Of a stretch of 52,424 nt of DNA, positions 37,077 through 46,633 are shown in pieces. The DNA comes from Thermincola sp. (GTDB lineage Bacteria; Bacillota; Thermincolia; Thermincolales; UBA2595). The position numbers and the translations under genes were made by a program. The stretch is from positions 1 to 52,424 of the forward strand of contig DYZU01000164.1 of NCBI GenBank assembly GCA_022735835.1, given 5' to 3'. The notes under the pieces are model-generated. The model had not been told where the DNA came from, made no database searches, and worked only from the letters and a program-made list of their open reading frames with translations. Numbering within the stretch: the first letter of the stretch is position 1; every line of letters begins with the position of its first letter.

Positions 37077-37673
37077 CTACCTCCATTTCCTGTACCCGTA
37101 TATTCTTCTCATGACCCTGTCCACTATCACTCCCACCGTCATGCCGCAGGCGGTGGCAAATATGGTGGTGCCCACGATTTCGGTGGGATTGGCCGACCCC
37201 GCTTTTATTCTGATACCGATCACTGTAGCTGGTATAATCGTTATACAGGAGGTATTTAAAGCCAGAAACGTACACATGGCGTCACTGGCAGTCCGGGGGT
37301 CGGACCTGTTGAGTTTCTGCAGTTCTTTCATGGCAATGAGCCCCATGGGGGTGGCCGCATTCCCCAGCCCCAGGATATTGGCGCTGAGGTTCATGATAAT
37401 GGCCCCCATAGCCGGGTGGTCACGGGGTACACTGGGGAAAAGAAAGGCAGTTACGGGTTTGACAATCCTTGACAGCAGCCTGACCAGACCGGCCTCCTCC
37501 GCCACTTTCATTATCCCCAGCCAAAAAGCCATTATGGCAATGAGGCCGAGGGCAAAGTCAACGGCGGTCTGAGCGCCTTTCAAGGCGGCAGTAGTGACGG
37601 CATCGATGTTCCCGTTAATGGCTGCCACTATTATTCCGATTAACAGCATCCCAACCCAGATTACATTAACCAT
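37077..37673 (-). CDS. spmA: Spore maturation protein A
   Basis: Membrane protein paired with spmB. GGGAGGG lies 6 nt upstream of the ATG at 37673. Confidence 0.8.
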   Translation of the reverse strand: MVNVIWVGMLLIGIIVAAINGNIDAVTTAALKGAQTAVDFALGLIAIMAFWLGIMKVAEEAGLVRLLSRIVKPVTAFLFPSVPRDHPAMGAIIMNLSANILGLGNAATPMGLIAMKELQKLNRSDPRTASDAMCTFLALNTSCITIIPATVIGIRIKAGSANPTEIVGTTIFATACGMTVGVIVDRVMRRIYGYRKWR

Positions 37674-37776
37674 TTCCCGCCCTCCCGGGTACATGAAAAT
37701 CCTGCGTTATATGATAATTATGACCCCCGGAGGAAAATTAGAACCCCACCTGCGGCAGGGTTCTGCGGTTGCCCAT

Positions 37777-39042
37777 TTAACGAAAAAAACCGGTCAATCC
37801 AAGTTTTTTGACTTTTTCACTTATTTTCGACCGGTCAGTAATGTACAATCCCTTTTCTTTCATTCTTTCAAAATACACCGACCCTGAAAAGGTGTATTTT
37901 TGCTTCAATCCTTCCTCGGTTTTCATCTGCCCGTGCATAAAGGATATTATATCACCTACAGCCAGCTCCGGCGGCAGGATTCTCGGCGCTAAACCCCTGG
38001 CGGCCCTGGCTGCATTATCGCCGGCCAGGGCTCCGGTAATAATCGCCTCAGTGTGGCCTACCAGCAGTCCTGTTTTCTCCCCCGCGCAAAAGAGGTTATT
38101 TAACCCTTTAACCTTCAGGGAATCGTCACACGGAGCCATAGCCATAAATCTTACTGAATTTCCCTGCCCGCCGGAATACGGGTCCGCATAGCGGGCCTCC
38201 CTGAAACCGTCGATTTCTCTCAAGCTTTCTATGGGAAAAAACGGGGTCATCAGCTTGGCATGGCCTGTATCAAGAATAATCAGGTTTGTGGCGTATTCAT
38301 CCATGGCATACTGCTGGCAGGCTTTTCTCCGGAGCGAATCCTTTTTGTGAAACTTTTCCGGCAGGGGAATGATAACCACTCCATGGCGGTCCAGTTCCCT
38401 GACAAGAGACTTTTTTAAAGACCTTTTATCAAGTTTGCACGAACCGCTCATGGCTTCGAACTGGTGCGTTCCTTCTCCCGCCATTATCTCGCTGACTCCC
38501 GCCAGTCCCGCCAGGCTGTTCCTGGGCCCGAATGAAGGGCACCTCAGGATGCACATTGCACAGCCTGTCCCGTACTTGATGCAGTTTTTCATGGGGCCGG
38601 CCGTTCCCGTAGTATCAATAAACACGTCACCTTCTATTTTTTCTCCCGCCTGGGTTTCCACAAACTCAATAGTACCGTTTTTTACACCGGCATGATTGAC
38701 CAGGCTGCGAAATTTAATTTTGATCCCCCTGTTTTCCAGCGTTTTCCTGACAGCAGGCTCTATTCTCTGCACATCATACAGGGTAGCATGCCTGTGTCCG
38801 GGGAAATCAACATTCTTATGCCTGGCAACAGAATCGATGATGCCAAAAATGTCTCCGGCTCCTAATGCCACAGCCTCTTCGGCAGCCGTATACCGGCCGT
38901 TGTTTCTGACAATACCTCCCACCAGCCCGGTCCCCAGCAGCAGATCCGTTCTTTCCAAAAGAATTACATCCGCCCCGGCTTTACCGGCAAAATAAGCGGC
39001 GGCACACCCGGCCCAACCGCCTCCGGCTACTACAATTTTCAT
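37777..39042 (-). CDS. FAD-dependent oxidoreductase of unknown specificity
   Basis: N-terminal KIVVAGGGWAGCAAA dinucleotide-binding motif. 421 aa. Confidence 0.7.
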   Translation of the reverse strand: MKIVVAGGGWAGCAAAYFAGKAGADVILLERTDLLLGTGLVGGIVRNNGRYTAAEEAVALGAGDIFGIIDSVARHKNVDFPGHRHATLYDVQRIEPAVRKTLENRGIKIKFRSLVNHAGVKNGTIEFVETQAGEKIEGDVFIDTTGTAGPMKNCIKYGTGCAMCILRCPSFGPRNSLAGLAGVSEIMAGEGTHQFEAMSGSCKLDKRSLKKSLVRELDRHGVVIIPLPEKFHKKDSLRRKACQQYAMDEYATNLIILDTGHAKLMTPFFPIESLREIDGFREARYADPYSGGQGNSVRFMAMAPCDDSLKVKGLNNLFCAGEKTGLLVGHTEAIITGALAGDNAARAARGLAPRILPPELAVGDIISFMHGQMKTEEGLKQKYTFSGSVYFERMKEKGLYITDRSKISEKVKKLGLTGFFR

Positions 39043-39149
39043 GGTTGAGCCTCCTTTCCGGTTAGGTTGACGCCAAAACTTTATTCACTTTTGGTTATTA
39101 TATGCTAAAAGTTTTTGGTGCGACTTTAATTTAAATTGTTCAACCCCAT

Positions 39150-39172
39150 TAAAAAAAGTGGGTTTCCCCACT
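39150..39172 (-). terminator. Rho-independent terminator after ytfJ
   Basis: Minus strand: AGUGGG-gaaa-CCCACU followed by UUUUUUUAAUGG. Confidence 0.65.
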
Positions 39173-39177
39173 GTTTG

Positions 39178-39609
39178 CTAGCATTCCGGATGTTTTTTTT
39201 CTCTTCTGAACATACTCTGAACCTGCGAAAGAAGCTGCGGCGCCACATCAATAATCCTGTCAACCACGGCATTACCGTACACCGGAAGCAGCCTGATCTG
39301 TCCCTGGCCTACTACCAGAAAACCTACCGGCTGGACGGAAACTCCCGCCCCGCTTCCGCCTCCGAAGGGAAGAGATGTCCCTCGCCCCTGCTGGCCGCCC
39401 TGACCGCCGCCCTGCTGGTCAGTTTGCTGGCCGGTGGCCTCAAACTCGCCTCCGCCGGCGGCAAAACCGCAAGCCACTCTGGAAACAGGAATAATTACAC
39501 TGCCGTCAGGGGTCTCAACCGGGTCTCCCACAATTGTATTAACATCAACCATTTGCTTTATACTCTCCATTGCAGTTTTCATAAGACCTTCTATCGGGTG
39601 ATCGGCCAT
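39178..39609 (-). CDS. ytfJ: Sporulation protein YtfJ (GerW family)
   Basis: IVGDPVETPDGSVIIPVSRV..GFAAGGGEF signature. Confidence 0.8.
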   Translation of the reverse strand: MADHPIEGLMKTAMESIKQMVDVNTIVGDPVETPDGSVIIPVSRVACGFAAGGGEFEATGQQTDQQGGGQGGQQGRGTSLPFGGGSGAGVSVQPVGFLVVGQGQIRLLPVYGNAVVDRIIDVAPQLLSQVQSMFRREKKHPEC

Positions 39610-39632
39610 TTGTTTTCCTCCTCCTGGCGTAT

Positions 39633-40295
39633 TTAAGGTTTTAACGCAAGTTTTACAAAATTTAGGCCCGCAATTATAATATGACCGATTCTCACATCAA
39701 ATATGCAGTGAAAGTCCAGTCTCAGACAGGTACAGTCAAAACAAGGAATTACCGACAACCGGGGAGCGTTCACAACAGTTCCCGCATGGCTTCGGAATAC
39801 ACTGTAAAGATATCCTTTCATTCCCCAAAGTATACCTGTTGCTACACCTGTGTCAGCCGGGTCACCAAAGCCTACTTGAGTGATCCAGGTCAGGTGATGA
39901 AACCTGATTGTTTTCAGCAGTTTTCTAAGCACTTTCCGGTAACGTTGCAGGTATTCCAACCCCTGTTGCAGGTATAACGGCAATTTGCTCAATACAGCAG
40001 TTAAGACCGGTATTTTTACGATCAAGCCCTTGTCCTCAACAGGATGTGAAACCGCCCCCTGTATACCGGTCTCAATCTTGAGCACAGGTTCCAGGAAGTA
40101 ACGGTCAAGTTCTACCACCGGTATATTGGTTTGATACCTGATAAGACCCTGCAATGTCGCCATTTCTACCTTGATATTGTCGTCAGGCCCCTGCCGCTTG
40201 TATTCCACCTCAAAACGAATCCGGAGGAACATCAGCGCCACAATGAAAATTATCAGAAGGAAAACATAAATACCGATACCGACCAAATGAATCAC
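39633..40295 (-). CDS. DUF2953 (YtfI-like) protein
   Basis: N-terminal TM segment. Position immediately upstream of ytfJ, as in the ytfI-ytfJ pair. Confidence 0.55.
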   Translation of the reverse strand: MIHLVGIGIYVFLLIIFIVALMFLRIRFEVEYKRQGPDDNIKVEMATLQGLIRYQTNIPVVELDRYFLEPVLKIETGIQGAVSHPVEDKGLIVKIPVLTAVLSKLPLYLQQGLEYLQRYRKVLRKLLKTIRFHHLTWITQVGFGDPADTGVATGILWGMKGYLYSVFRSHAGTVVNAPRLSVIPCFDCTCLRLDFHCIFDVRIGHIIIAGLNFVKLALKP

Positions 40296-40358
40296 CTTGA
40301 TACTATTTCCTTTACTGTATTATTTTTGCTTTACAGCGCCTGAACTATTCAATTTTTG

Positions 40359-41342
40359 CTATTTATTTAGTTTGCATTTTTGGTGTTCTTTTAAAATACA
40401 CCTGTCCATGACAACTTCCAGCCCCGCCCGGCGGGCCACCTCGGCCGCTTCTTCATGCACAATGCCTTCCTGCATCCAGACAACCTTTACTCCTTTCCTG
40501 GCCACCGCCTGTTCCACAACCGGCGGCACATCAACCGGCCTGCGAAAGATGTCCACCACATCAATCTCTATATCCGCTGGTATCGAGTTAAGGTCAGGAA
40601 AAGACTTCTCGCCCAGGACTTCGTCTACCATGGGGTTCACCGGAATAATCCGGTACCCGCATTCCTGAAGGTATTTGGCCACCCTGTAGCTGGCTTTCTC
40701 GGGTTTATCGGAAAGACCTACCACAGCAATAGTTTTAATGGCATCAAAATTCATTTGCTCACCTTCCCTTTGCTTATTTTCCATGTCAAAATCCAACCTG
40801 TCCGCGTTTCCGTGCCGATAGGCGAATTCTTCCGGGTCGGGCAGTTCGGAGAGGTCCTTGAGCCCAAAATACCGCAGAAAGCCGGGAGTCGTCCCAAACA
40901 ATATCGGGCGTCCGGGACCTTCCTTCCTGCCCACCTCTTTCACCAGGTTTTTTTCTATCAGGGTTCCGAGGGAACTGTCCACCTTTACTCCCCGGATTGC
41001 CTCTATCTCAGCCCGGGTTATCGGCTGTTTGTATGCTATAATGGCCAAAGTCTCAAGAGCTGCCTTGGATAACCCATACGTACTCTGGGGCTTGTACAAT
41101 TTTTCGATATAGGGGGCAAATTCCGGACGCGTGTACATCTGGTAACCGTTGGCCACCAGCTGAATATTGATCCCGCGTTGCTCGTTATTGTATTCCGTGA
41201 TCAGTTCTTCAATTAAGGTCTTAATTTCCTCTTCCGGCAGTTCCATGATCTGGGACATGGTCTTGAGTGTTAACGGTTCTTTCGATACAAACAAGAGACA
41301 TTCAATAACGGACTTTGTCTCCCTGGGAAACATCAGGCCCAT
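40359..41342 (-). CDS. scpB: Segregation and condensation protein B fused in frame to a CoA-binding (YccU/YneT-like) domain
   Basis: Residues 1-175 are ScpB-like (IECLLFVS..PL, ETLAIIAYKQPITRAEIE, GRPILFGTT). Residues 197-327 are CoA-binding-domain-like (IKTIAVVGLSDKPEKASYRVAKYL). There is no stop codon between them. Confidence 0.8.
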   Translation of the reverse strand: MGLMFPRETKSVIECLLFVSKEPLTLKTMSQIMELPEEEIKTLIEELITEYNNEQRGINIQLVANGYQMYTRPEFAPYIEKLYKPQSTYGLSKAALETLAIIAYKQPITRAEIEAIRGVKVDSSLGTLIEKNLVKEVGRKEGPGRPILFGTTPGFLRYFGLKDLSELPDPEEFAYRHGNADRLDFDMENKQREGEQMNFDAIKTIAVVGLSDKPEKASYRVAKYLQECGYRIIPVNPMVDEVLGEKSFPDLNSIPADIEIDVVDIFRRPVDVPPVVEQAVARKGVKVVWMQEGIVHEEAAEVARRAGLEVVMDRCILKEHQKCKLNK

Positions 41343-41355
41343 GACTTACACTCCT

Positions 41356-42105
41356 TCAAGCTTCGGCAGCTTCTTTCTCCCTGCTGTAAACCATAATATC
41401 TCCAAACGCCTTGGACTGGTAAGCCTTTACCCTGCCAACCCTGATCAATTCAAGAAGGGCCAGAAATGTAACAATAATCTCTACTCTTGATATGCCCGGG
41501 CGGAACAGGTCTTTAAAGACTATTCCCCGGCTCTGAAAAAATAACCGGCGCGTAATCTCTCTCATCTTGTCTTTAATGGTTACTTCATCCCTGGGGATTT
41601 CACCCACCAGGTCACGTTCCGCCACCCGGTCCAATACTTCCTGCAAAGCGGCCAGCAGAGTATGCATAGTTATTCCCTGCAGGGGGTTTTCTTCACTGAA
41701 CAGGTGCAGAAACATCTCATCTTCATTGGGCCTGGTATAAACCCTGTTCATGAGGGCTTCCCTTTCCTGCAGGCAGTCGGCAATGGCCTTGAACTTCCTG
41801 TATTCCAAAAGCCGCTCCACCAGTTCATCCCTCGGGTCATAATCCTCCTCAACCGGTTCCTCGTCCGGGACAGGGGGTTTGGGAAGCAGCATACGGGCCT
41901 TGATTGCCAGCAGTTGGGATGCCATTACCAGGAATTCGCTGGCTATTTCCAGGTCGAGCATCCGCATCACTGCAATATATTCCAGGTATTGCTCCGTGAT
42001 TTTGGCTATGGGTATATCGTATATGTCAACCTCGTTTTTTTCAATAAGGTGAAACAACAGGTCAAAAGGCCCTTCAAACACCTCAAGTTTTATCTGGTAA
42101 GCCAA
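41356..42105 (-). CDS. scpA: Segregation and condensation protein A
   Basis: FEGPFDLLFHLIEKNEVDIYDIPIAKIT signature. Confidence 0.88.
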   Translation of the reverse strand: MAYQIKLEVFEGPFDLLFHLIEKNEVDIYDIPIAKITEQYLEYIAVMRMLDLEIASEFLVMASQLLAIKARMLLPKPPVPDEEPVEEDYDPRDELVERLLEYRKFKAIADCLQEREALMNRVYTRPNEDEMFLHLFSEENPLQGITMHTLLAALQEVLDRVAERDLVGEIPRDEVTIKDKMREITRRLFFQSRGIVFKDLFRPGISRVEIIVTFLALLELIRVGRVKAYQSKAFGDIMVYSREKEAAEA

Positions 42106-42117
42106 CAGGCCCCCTCC

Positions 42118-43107
42118 TTACACTATTTTCATCGCCGACCTGACTTCTGCCATGACCTCCGCCGCTCTCTGGCGGGCTTTCTTCGCCCCCTCGGCCAGCA
42201 GTTCGTCCACATACTGCGGGTTCTGTTCGAGCCGGGCCCGTTTTTCTCTCATCGGCAGCAGGAAACGGTCCAGTTTTTCCGCCAGGGCCTTCTTACAGGC
42301 CACGCAGCCGATACTGCCGGCCCTGCAGCTCGCTTCGATGCCGACAACGTCTTCATTATTATAAATGGTGTGGTAGGTGTGGACTGTACAGACATCCGGA
42401 TGGCCGGGGTCCGTTTTGTGAATTCTGGCCGGGTCTGTAATCATACCCCTTACCTGGGTTGTTATTTCATCGGTAGTGGCGGAAATATTGATTACATTGC
42501 CATAGCTCTTGCTCATTTTGCGCCCGTCAATTCCGGGTAAAAAGGCTACTTTGCCCAAAATTGACTGCGGTTCCGGAAACACATGCGAGTTGAACAGATA
42601 ATTAAACCTCCGGGCAATCTCCCTGGTCAATTCCAGGTGAGGCAGCTGGTCCTCCCCGACCGGAACCGCGGTAGCTTTGTAAACAAGAATGTCGGCTGCC
42701 TGAAGCAAGGGATACCCCAAAAACCCGTAAGTGTTTATGTCTTTACCCTGCTCGCCCAACTGGATAATCTGGTCTTTGTAGGTCGGCACCCTTTCCAGCC
42801 ATGAAAGCGGGGTGATCATCGAAAACAGTAAATGAAGTTCGGCATGCTCCTTGACATCCGACTGGACAAAAATTACGCTTTTCTCGGGGTCAATGCCCAC
42901 AGTGAGCCAGTCAATCACCATGTCCCTGGCCTTTTCCCTGATCCCCTGCGGGTCCTGGTATTCTGTACTGAGTGCATGCCAGTCGGCTACCATGAAGTAG
43001 CAGTTATACTCATCCTGCAGTTTTACCCAGTTTTCCAGTACGCTCATGTGTCCCATGTGGAGTTTTCCTGTCGGCCTCATGCCGCTCAGAATAGTACCCT
43101 TGCTCAT
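42118..43107 (-). CDS. trpS: Tryptophan--tRNA ligase
   Basis: HIGH-type motif (KLHMGH) and KMSKS. Start set at ATG 43107 (MSKGTILSGMRPTG). Confidence 0.92.
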   Translation of the reverse strand: MSKGTILSGMRPTGKLHMGHMSVLENWVKLQDEYNCYFMVADWHALSTEYQDPQGIREKARDMVIDWLTVGIDPEKSVIFVQSDVKEHAELHLLFSMITPLSWLERVPTYKDQIIQLGEQGKDINTYGFLGYPLLQAADILVYKATAVPVGEDQLPHLELTREIARRFNYLFNSHVFPEPQSILGKVAFLPGIDGRKMSKSYGNVINISATTDEITTQVRGMITDPARIHKTDPGHPDVCTVHTYHTIYNNEDVVGIEASCRAGSIGCVACKKALAEKLDRFLLPMREKRARLEQNPQYVDELLAEGAKKARQRAAEVMAEVRSAMKIV

Positions 43108-43175
43108 CTCAACAACCCCTTCTAGATAATTCTTCTTTAAAAAATTCTTTACTGCCTGCAATCCGGCAGATTTCA

Positions 43176-43823
43176 CTACATAAAATACAGCATACTCTGT
43201 AGCGCTTCAAATCCGACCAGGCTGGCTATAGCCATTTCCACAAGCCGGACAACGGGTATCAACACCATGCTGATAATGCCGGTTATCATCAGGAGAAGCA
43301 AAATCACAACACCATATTTTTCCAGGACAAAAACCATATGGCTGTACCTTCTCGGCAGCAGGCCCGCCAGGATCTTGGACCCGTCCAGGGGAGGAACCGG
43401 AATAAAATTGAACACCGCCAAAATCACATTAATATGGAATATATACAGAAGAATTCCGTCAACAATATTTTTTTGAAAGCCGATAATCTTCCACAGCAAT
43501 ACTGTGACAACTGCAATAACCATATTGGAGGCGGGTCCGGCCAGGGAGACCCACAACATGCCTCTCTGCCTGTCTCCCCGGAAGTGGAATGGGTTAACAG
43601 GGACAGGCTTGGCCCAGCCAAACTTAAAGATTAACAGGAAAATTGCTCCCAGCGGGTCCAGATGCTTGATTGGGTTAAGGGTCAGCCGGCCCAGGTTTTT
43701 CGCTGTCGGGTCGCCCAGTTTGAAGGCCACCAGGGCATGGGCATACTCGTGAAAGGTTAAACCTATCAAAAGCGCCGGCAGCGTCAAAAGCACGCTTTCA
43801 ATATCGATTGAAGGCAATAGCAT
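43176..43823 (-). CDS. Site-2 protease (M50) family zinc metalloprotease
   Basis: HExxH (FHEYAHAL) in a TM segment and the LNPIKHLDPLG motif. Confidence 0.8.
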   Translation of the reverse strand: MLLPSIDIESVLLTLPALLIGLTFHEYAHALVAFKLGDPTAKNLGRLTLNPIKHLDPLGAIFLLIFKFGWAKPVPVNPFHFRGDRQRGMLWVSLAGPASNMVIAVVTVLLWKIIGFQKNIVDGILLYIFHINVILAVFNFIPVPPLDGSKILAGLLPRRYSHMVFVLEKYGVVILLLLMITGIISMVLIPVVRLVEMAIASLVGFEALQSMLYFM

Positions 43824-46465
43824 TAGCTCCTTTCCGTAACCCCGATTTTCGTCAGGTATTCTTCCACAAATCGAATCTCCTCTTCTCTGGTGGTTATTTG
43901 CCCGTCCAGCTTGGCATCCCTGGCGGCATCGAGGGCTTCCTTAAAATAAGGCCCCGGTTTGTATCCCAGTTTCTTAATATCTTCTCCATTTATGGATAAT
44001 TTATTGTGCCTTGACCGGGCCAGATAGTTTTTCAATCGTTCCCTGACCACGTCACTGGCGGCGCTGGCCATGATATATACATAACCCTCATTGGAAATAC
44101 CTCTCAACACTGCGGCAATCTCACTGATTCTCATCGGTTTGTTCTGCGAAAGCCAAACTACAACTTCAGGGCAGCGGCACAGTATTTCGGCCAACTTTCT
44201 TTTCTCCTCTTTGGTGAGCCTGAGCTTTTCGTCAATCTGGGAAACCCGGCAACCGGTCTTCCTGACCAGCACGCCCAGGTATACCACCCACGCGTCCAAC
44301 TTGTCAAGATGAATATTCCTCATAAAGTCGATGGCTGCCGGCAGTTTTCTCAATATTTCAATCGTTTCCTGTTCCAGGTTGGCCTCCGGCAGTATAAAGG
44401 ACCAGATATTCAGTTCCCGCATCCTTAGAATGGCCTCAACCGGTGAAGCCTCCCCAAGTATATGTTTCAGTTCCTCTCTGACCCTGTCCGCCGACAGCTT
44501 GGCCAGCATTTTTGATTTGATGGCATTTTTAGCCAAGGAAAGGGTCTGGCTCTCGATCTTAAAATTATAGCGCTGCTCGAAACGGACAGCCCTTAAAATC
44601 CGGGTCGGATCCTCCACAAAACTTAGATTATACAGAACTCTGATAATTCCTTCTTCCAGGTCCCGCCGCCCCCCGAAGTAGTCAACCAATCCCCCGAAAT
44701 TCTCGGCACTCAAGGTAATCGCCATGGCATTAATGGTAAAGTCACGCCGGTACAGGTCCTGTTTGAGGGAAGACACCTCTACTTTTGGCAGGGCAGCAGG
44801 GTATTCGTAGTACTCGGTCCTGGCGGTGGCCACATCTATCCTGAAATTATCGGGGAGAATGACCACGGCGGTGCCGAACTTCTCATGGATTCGCACCCTT
44901 CCGCAAAGGAATTGGGCCAGGGCCCGGGCAAAAGCCAAACCGTCTCCCTCCACAACAAGGTCGATGTCCAAGTTTTCCACACCCAGGATAAGGTCCCGCA
45001 CAAAACCTCCCACCGCAAAAACCGCGAACCCTTCCCTGTCAGCCAGGTAGCTTACCTGTCCCAAAAGGTCTCTGATGGCGGGCGGAAGGTTATTCAGCAT
45101 TAATTCGGTAACATTGTCATACCCTTTACCTGCCACCGGCTGCGTGATATTATAAACCTTCTCGTATTTCTCGGGGTAATTCTCCCCGTGCAGCGTCCTC
45201 AGTACATCTGTCCGGGATACGATACCGACTATTTTGCCCCCGTCAATCACCGGCAGCCGGCCAATATTGTGGTCAATCATCAAATGCTGGATCTCCGGCA
45301 GAGGGGTCTCTTTGGAAACGGTGATCACCCTTCCTGACATAAAACCCTTGACGGGTGCATGGCCGAGGCCGTGATGTTTGGCCTTTTCAATATCTCTCCG
45401 GGAAATAATGCCTACCATCTTTTCCCCATCCACCACCGGAAGCCCGGTATGGCCGTAACGCAGGAGTATCTTCCCGGCCTCTTCTATCGTGGTATTCATC
45501 GGCACGGTCTTAACAGGGGTTGACATGATATTTTCGGCCACAACCTCGTGCCGGACATTTTCTTTTAATAATTCTTTTATTTTGGCAATAATATCCTCAA
45601 GGTTTCCTTCCCGGACAGTAGCCGAGGCAGCCATGGCATGGCCCCCGCCGTTGAAGTGGGCAAGTATCTTCGATACATCTACGGCATCATCCTTGCTTCT
45701 GGCCACCAGGTGAACCCGGTCGCCCATGTGCACTGCGGCTATAGCCACATCTATATTGACCACGTCAATAAGCTTGTGGACCAGCAGGGATAAGCCCCCC
45801 ACATAGTCGTCGGTTTCCCCTTTGGTCAGCAAAATTTGGACTCCGTTAATATCATATGTTTCCGAAGAAACAATAAGCGTGTTCAGCAGGGTTTTTTGCT
45901 GTTCCGACAGCGGCCGGTCAATAAAATCGGCAACCACGGAAAGTTTTGCCCCTTTGGAAAGTAAATAAGCCACTGCCTCGGCATCCCTGGGTGTGGTGGT
46001 GGGAAAGGTCAGGCTGCCGGTGTCTTCATAGATGCCCATGGCAAAAACGGTTGCCTCAAATGAATTGATGGATATGCCGCGTTCTCTCATCAGTTCCACC
46101 ATAAGGGTAGTGGTGGCACCCACCTGGTCAATTACTTCGTAACTTCCTTTAATATCATCCGCGACCCTGGGGTGATGGTCAATGATATGTACTTCCAGGC
46201 CCGGATTCTCCAGGACGGCGCGGGCCTCGCCGATCCGGTTGGGAGTTTTGGTGTCAACCAGGATAAGCCGGGTAACCTCTTTGTAAGGAACGTCTTTTGC
46301 CAGCATGAAGGTGAAAGTGTCTTTGTGCAAGGCCATAAATTCCCTGACGTTTCTATGGAGTTTACCGGCATAAACCAGTTCGGCGTCAGGATATATCTTT
46401 TTGGCGGCTATCATTGAAGCCAACCCGTCCAGATCCGTATTATTGTGGCTGACAATAATCTCCAT
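43823..46465 (-). CDS. Multidomain DHH/DHHA1 - CBS pair - tRNA nucleotidyltransferase/poly(A) polymerase family protein
   Basis: N-terminal DHH (SHNNTDLDGLAS, DHH at IIDHHP, GGGH), two CBS repeats, then the PolyA_pol head motif (AVGGFVRDLILG..DIDLVVEGD). Confidence 0.85.
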   Translation of the reverse strand: MEIIVSHNNTDLDGLASMIAAKKIYPDAELVYAGKLHRNVREFMALHKDTFTFMLAKDVPYKEVTRLILVDTKTPNRIGEARAVLENPGLEVHIIDHHPRVADDIKGSYEVIDQVGATTTLMVELMRERGISINSFEATVFAMGIYEDTGSLTFPTTTPRDAEAVAYLLSKGAKLSVVADFIDRPLSEQQKTLLNTLIVSSETYDINGVQILLTKGETDDYVGGLSLLVHKLIDVVNIDVAIAAVHMGDRVHLVARSKDDAVDVSKILAHFNGGGHAMAASATVREGNLEDIIAKIKELLKENVRHEVVAENIMSTPVKTVPMNTTIEEAGKILLRYGHTGLPVVDGEKMVGIISRRDIEKAKHHGLGHAPVKGFMSGRVITVSKETPLPEIQHLMIDHNIGRLPVIDGGKIVGIVSRTDVLRTLHGENYPEKYEKVYNITQPVAGKGYDNVTELMLNNLPPAIRDLLGQVSYLADREGFAVFAVGGFVRDLILGVENLDIDLVVEGDGLAFARALAQFLCGRVRIHEKFGTAVVILPDNFRIDVATARTEYYEYPAALPKVEVSSLKQDLYRRDFTINAMAITLSAENFGGLVDYFGGRRDLEEGIIRVLYNLSFVEDPTRILRAVRFEQRYNFKIESQTLSLAKNAIKSKMLAKLSADRVREELKHILGEASPVEAILRMRELNIWSFILPEANLEQETIEILRKLPAAIDFMRNIHLDKLDAWVVYLGVLVRKTGCRVSQIDEKLRLTKEEKRKLAEILCRCPEVVVWLSQNKPMRISEIAAVLRGISNEGYVYIMASAASDVVRERLKNYLARSRHNKLSINGEDIKKLGYKPGPYFKEALDAARDAKLDGQITTREEEIRFVEEYLTKIGVTERS

Positions 46466-46494
46466 ACCGCTCCCCCTTGCACTGTTACCGCAAT

Positions 46495-46503
46495 ATTATA
46501 TCA
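46495..46503 (-). promoter_or_regulatory. Extended -10 element (TGaTATAAT) upstream of the DHH-CBS-CCA gene
   Basis: Minus strand reads TGATATAAT about 30 nt upstream of the ATG at 46465. The -35 element is poor. Confidence 0.4.
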
Positions 46504-46603
46504 CAATTTGGTAAAGAAAAAAAGCGTTCGCCAGTTTGAGGCAGGTTAACCGCCAAGGCGCCTTATGTTGGGCTGTTGACAAATTAACATTGTTAATAAT
46601 TTA

Positions 46604-46627
46604 CCCCCTTGGTTAAAACCAAGGGGG
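46604..46627. other. Perfect 9-bp hairpin
   Basis: CCCCCTTGG-ttaaaa-CCAAGGGGG. Confidence 0.6.
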
Positions 46628-46633
46628 TCTGAT

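Noticed and set aside
43108-43176. T-box leader expected upstream of trpS.
   Set aside because: The gap is only ~68 nt, with no T-box core (GGUGGUACCGCG-like) and no terminator. The upstream ORF extension (MKSAGLQ...) is probably non-coding spacer.
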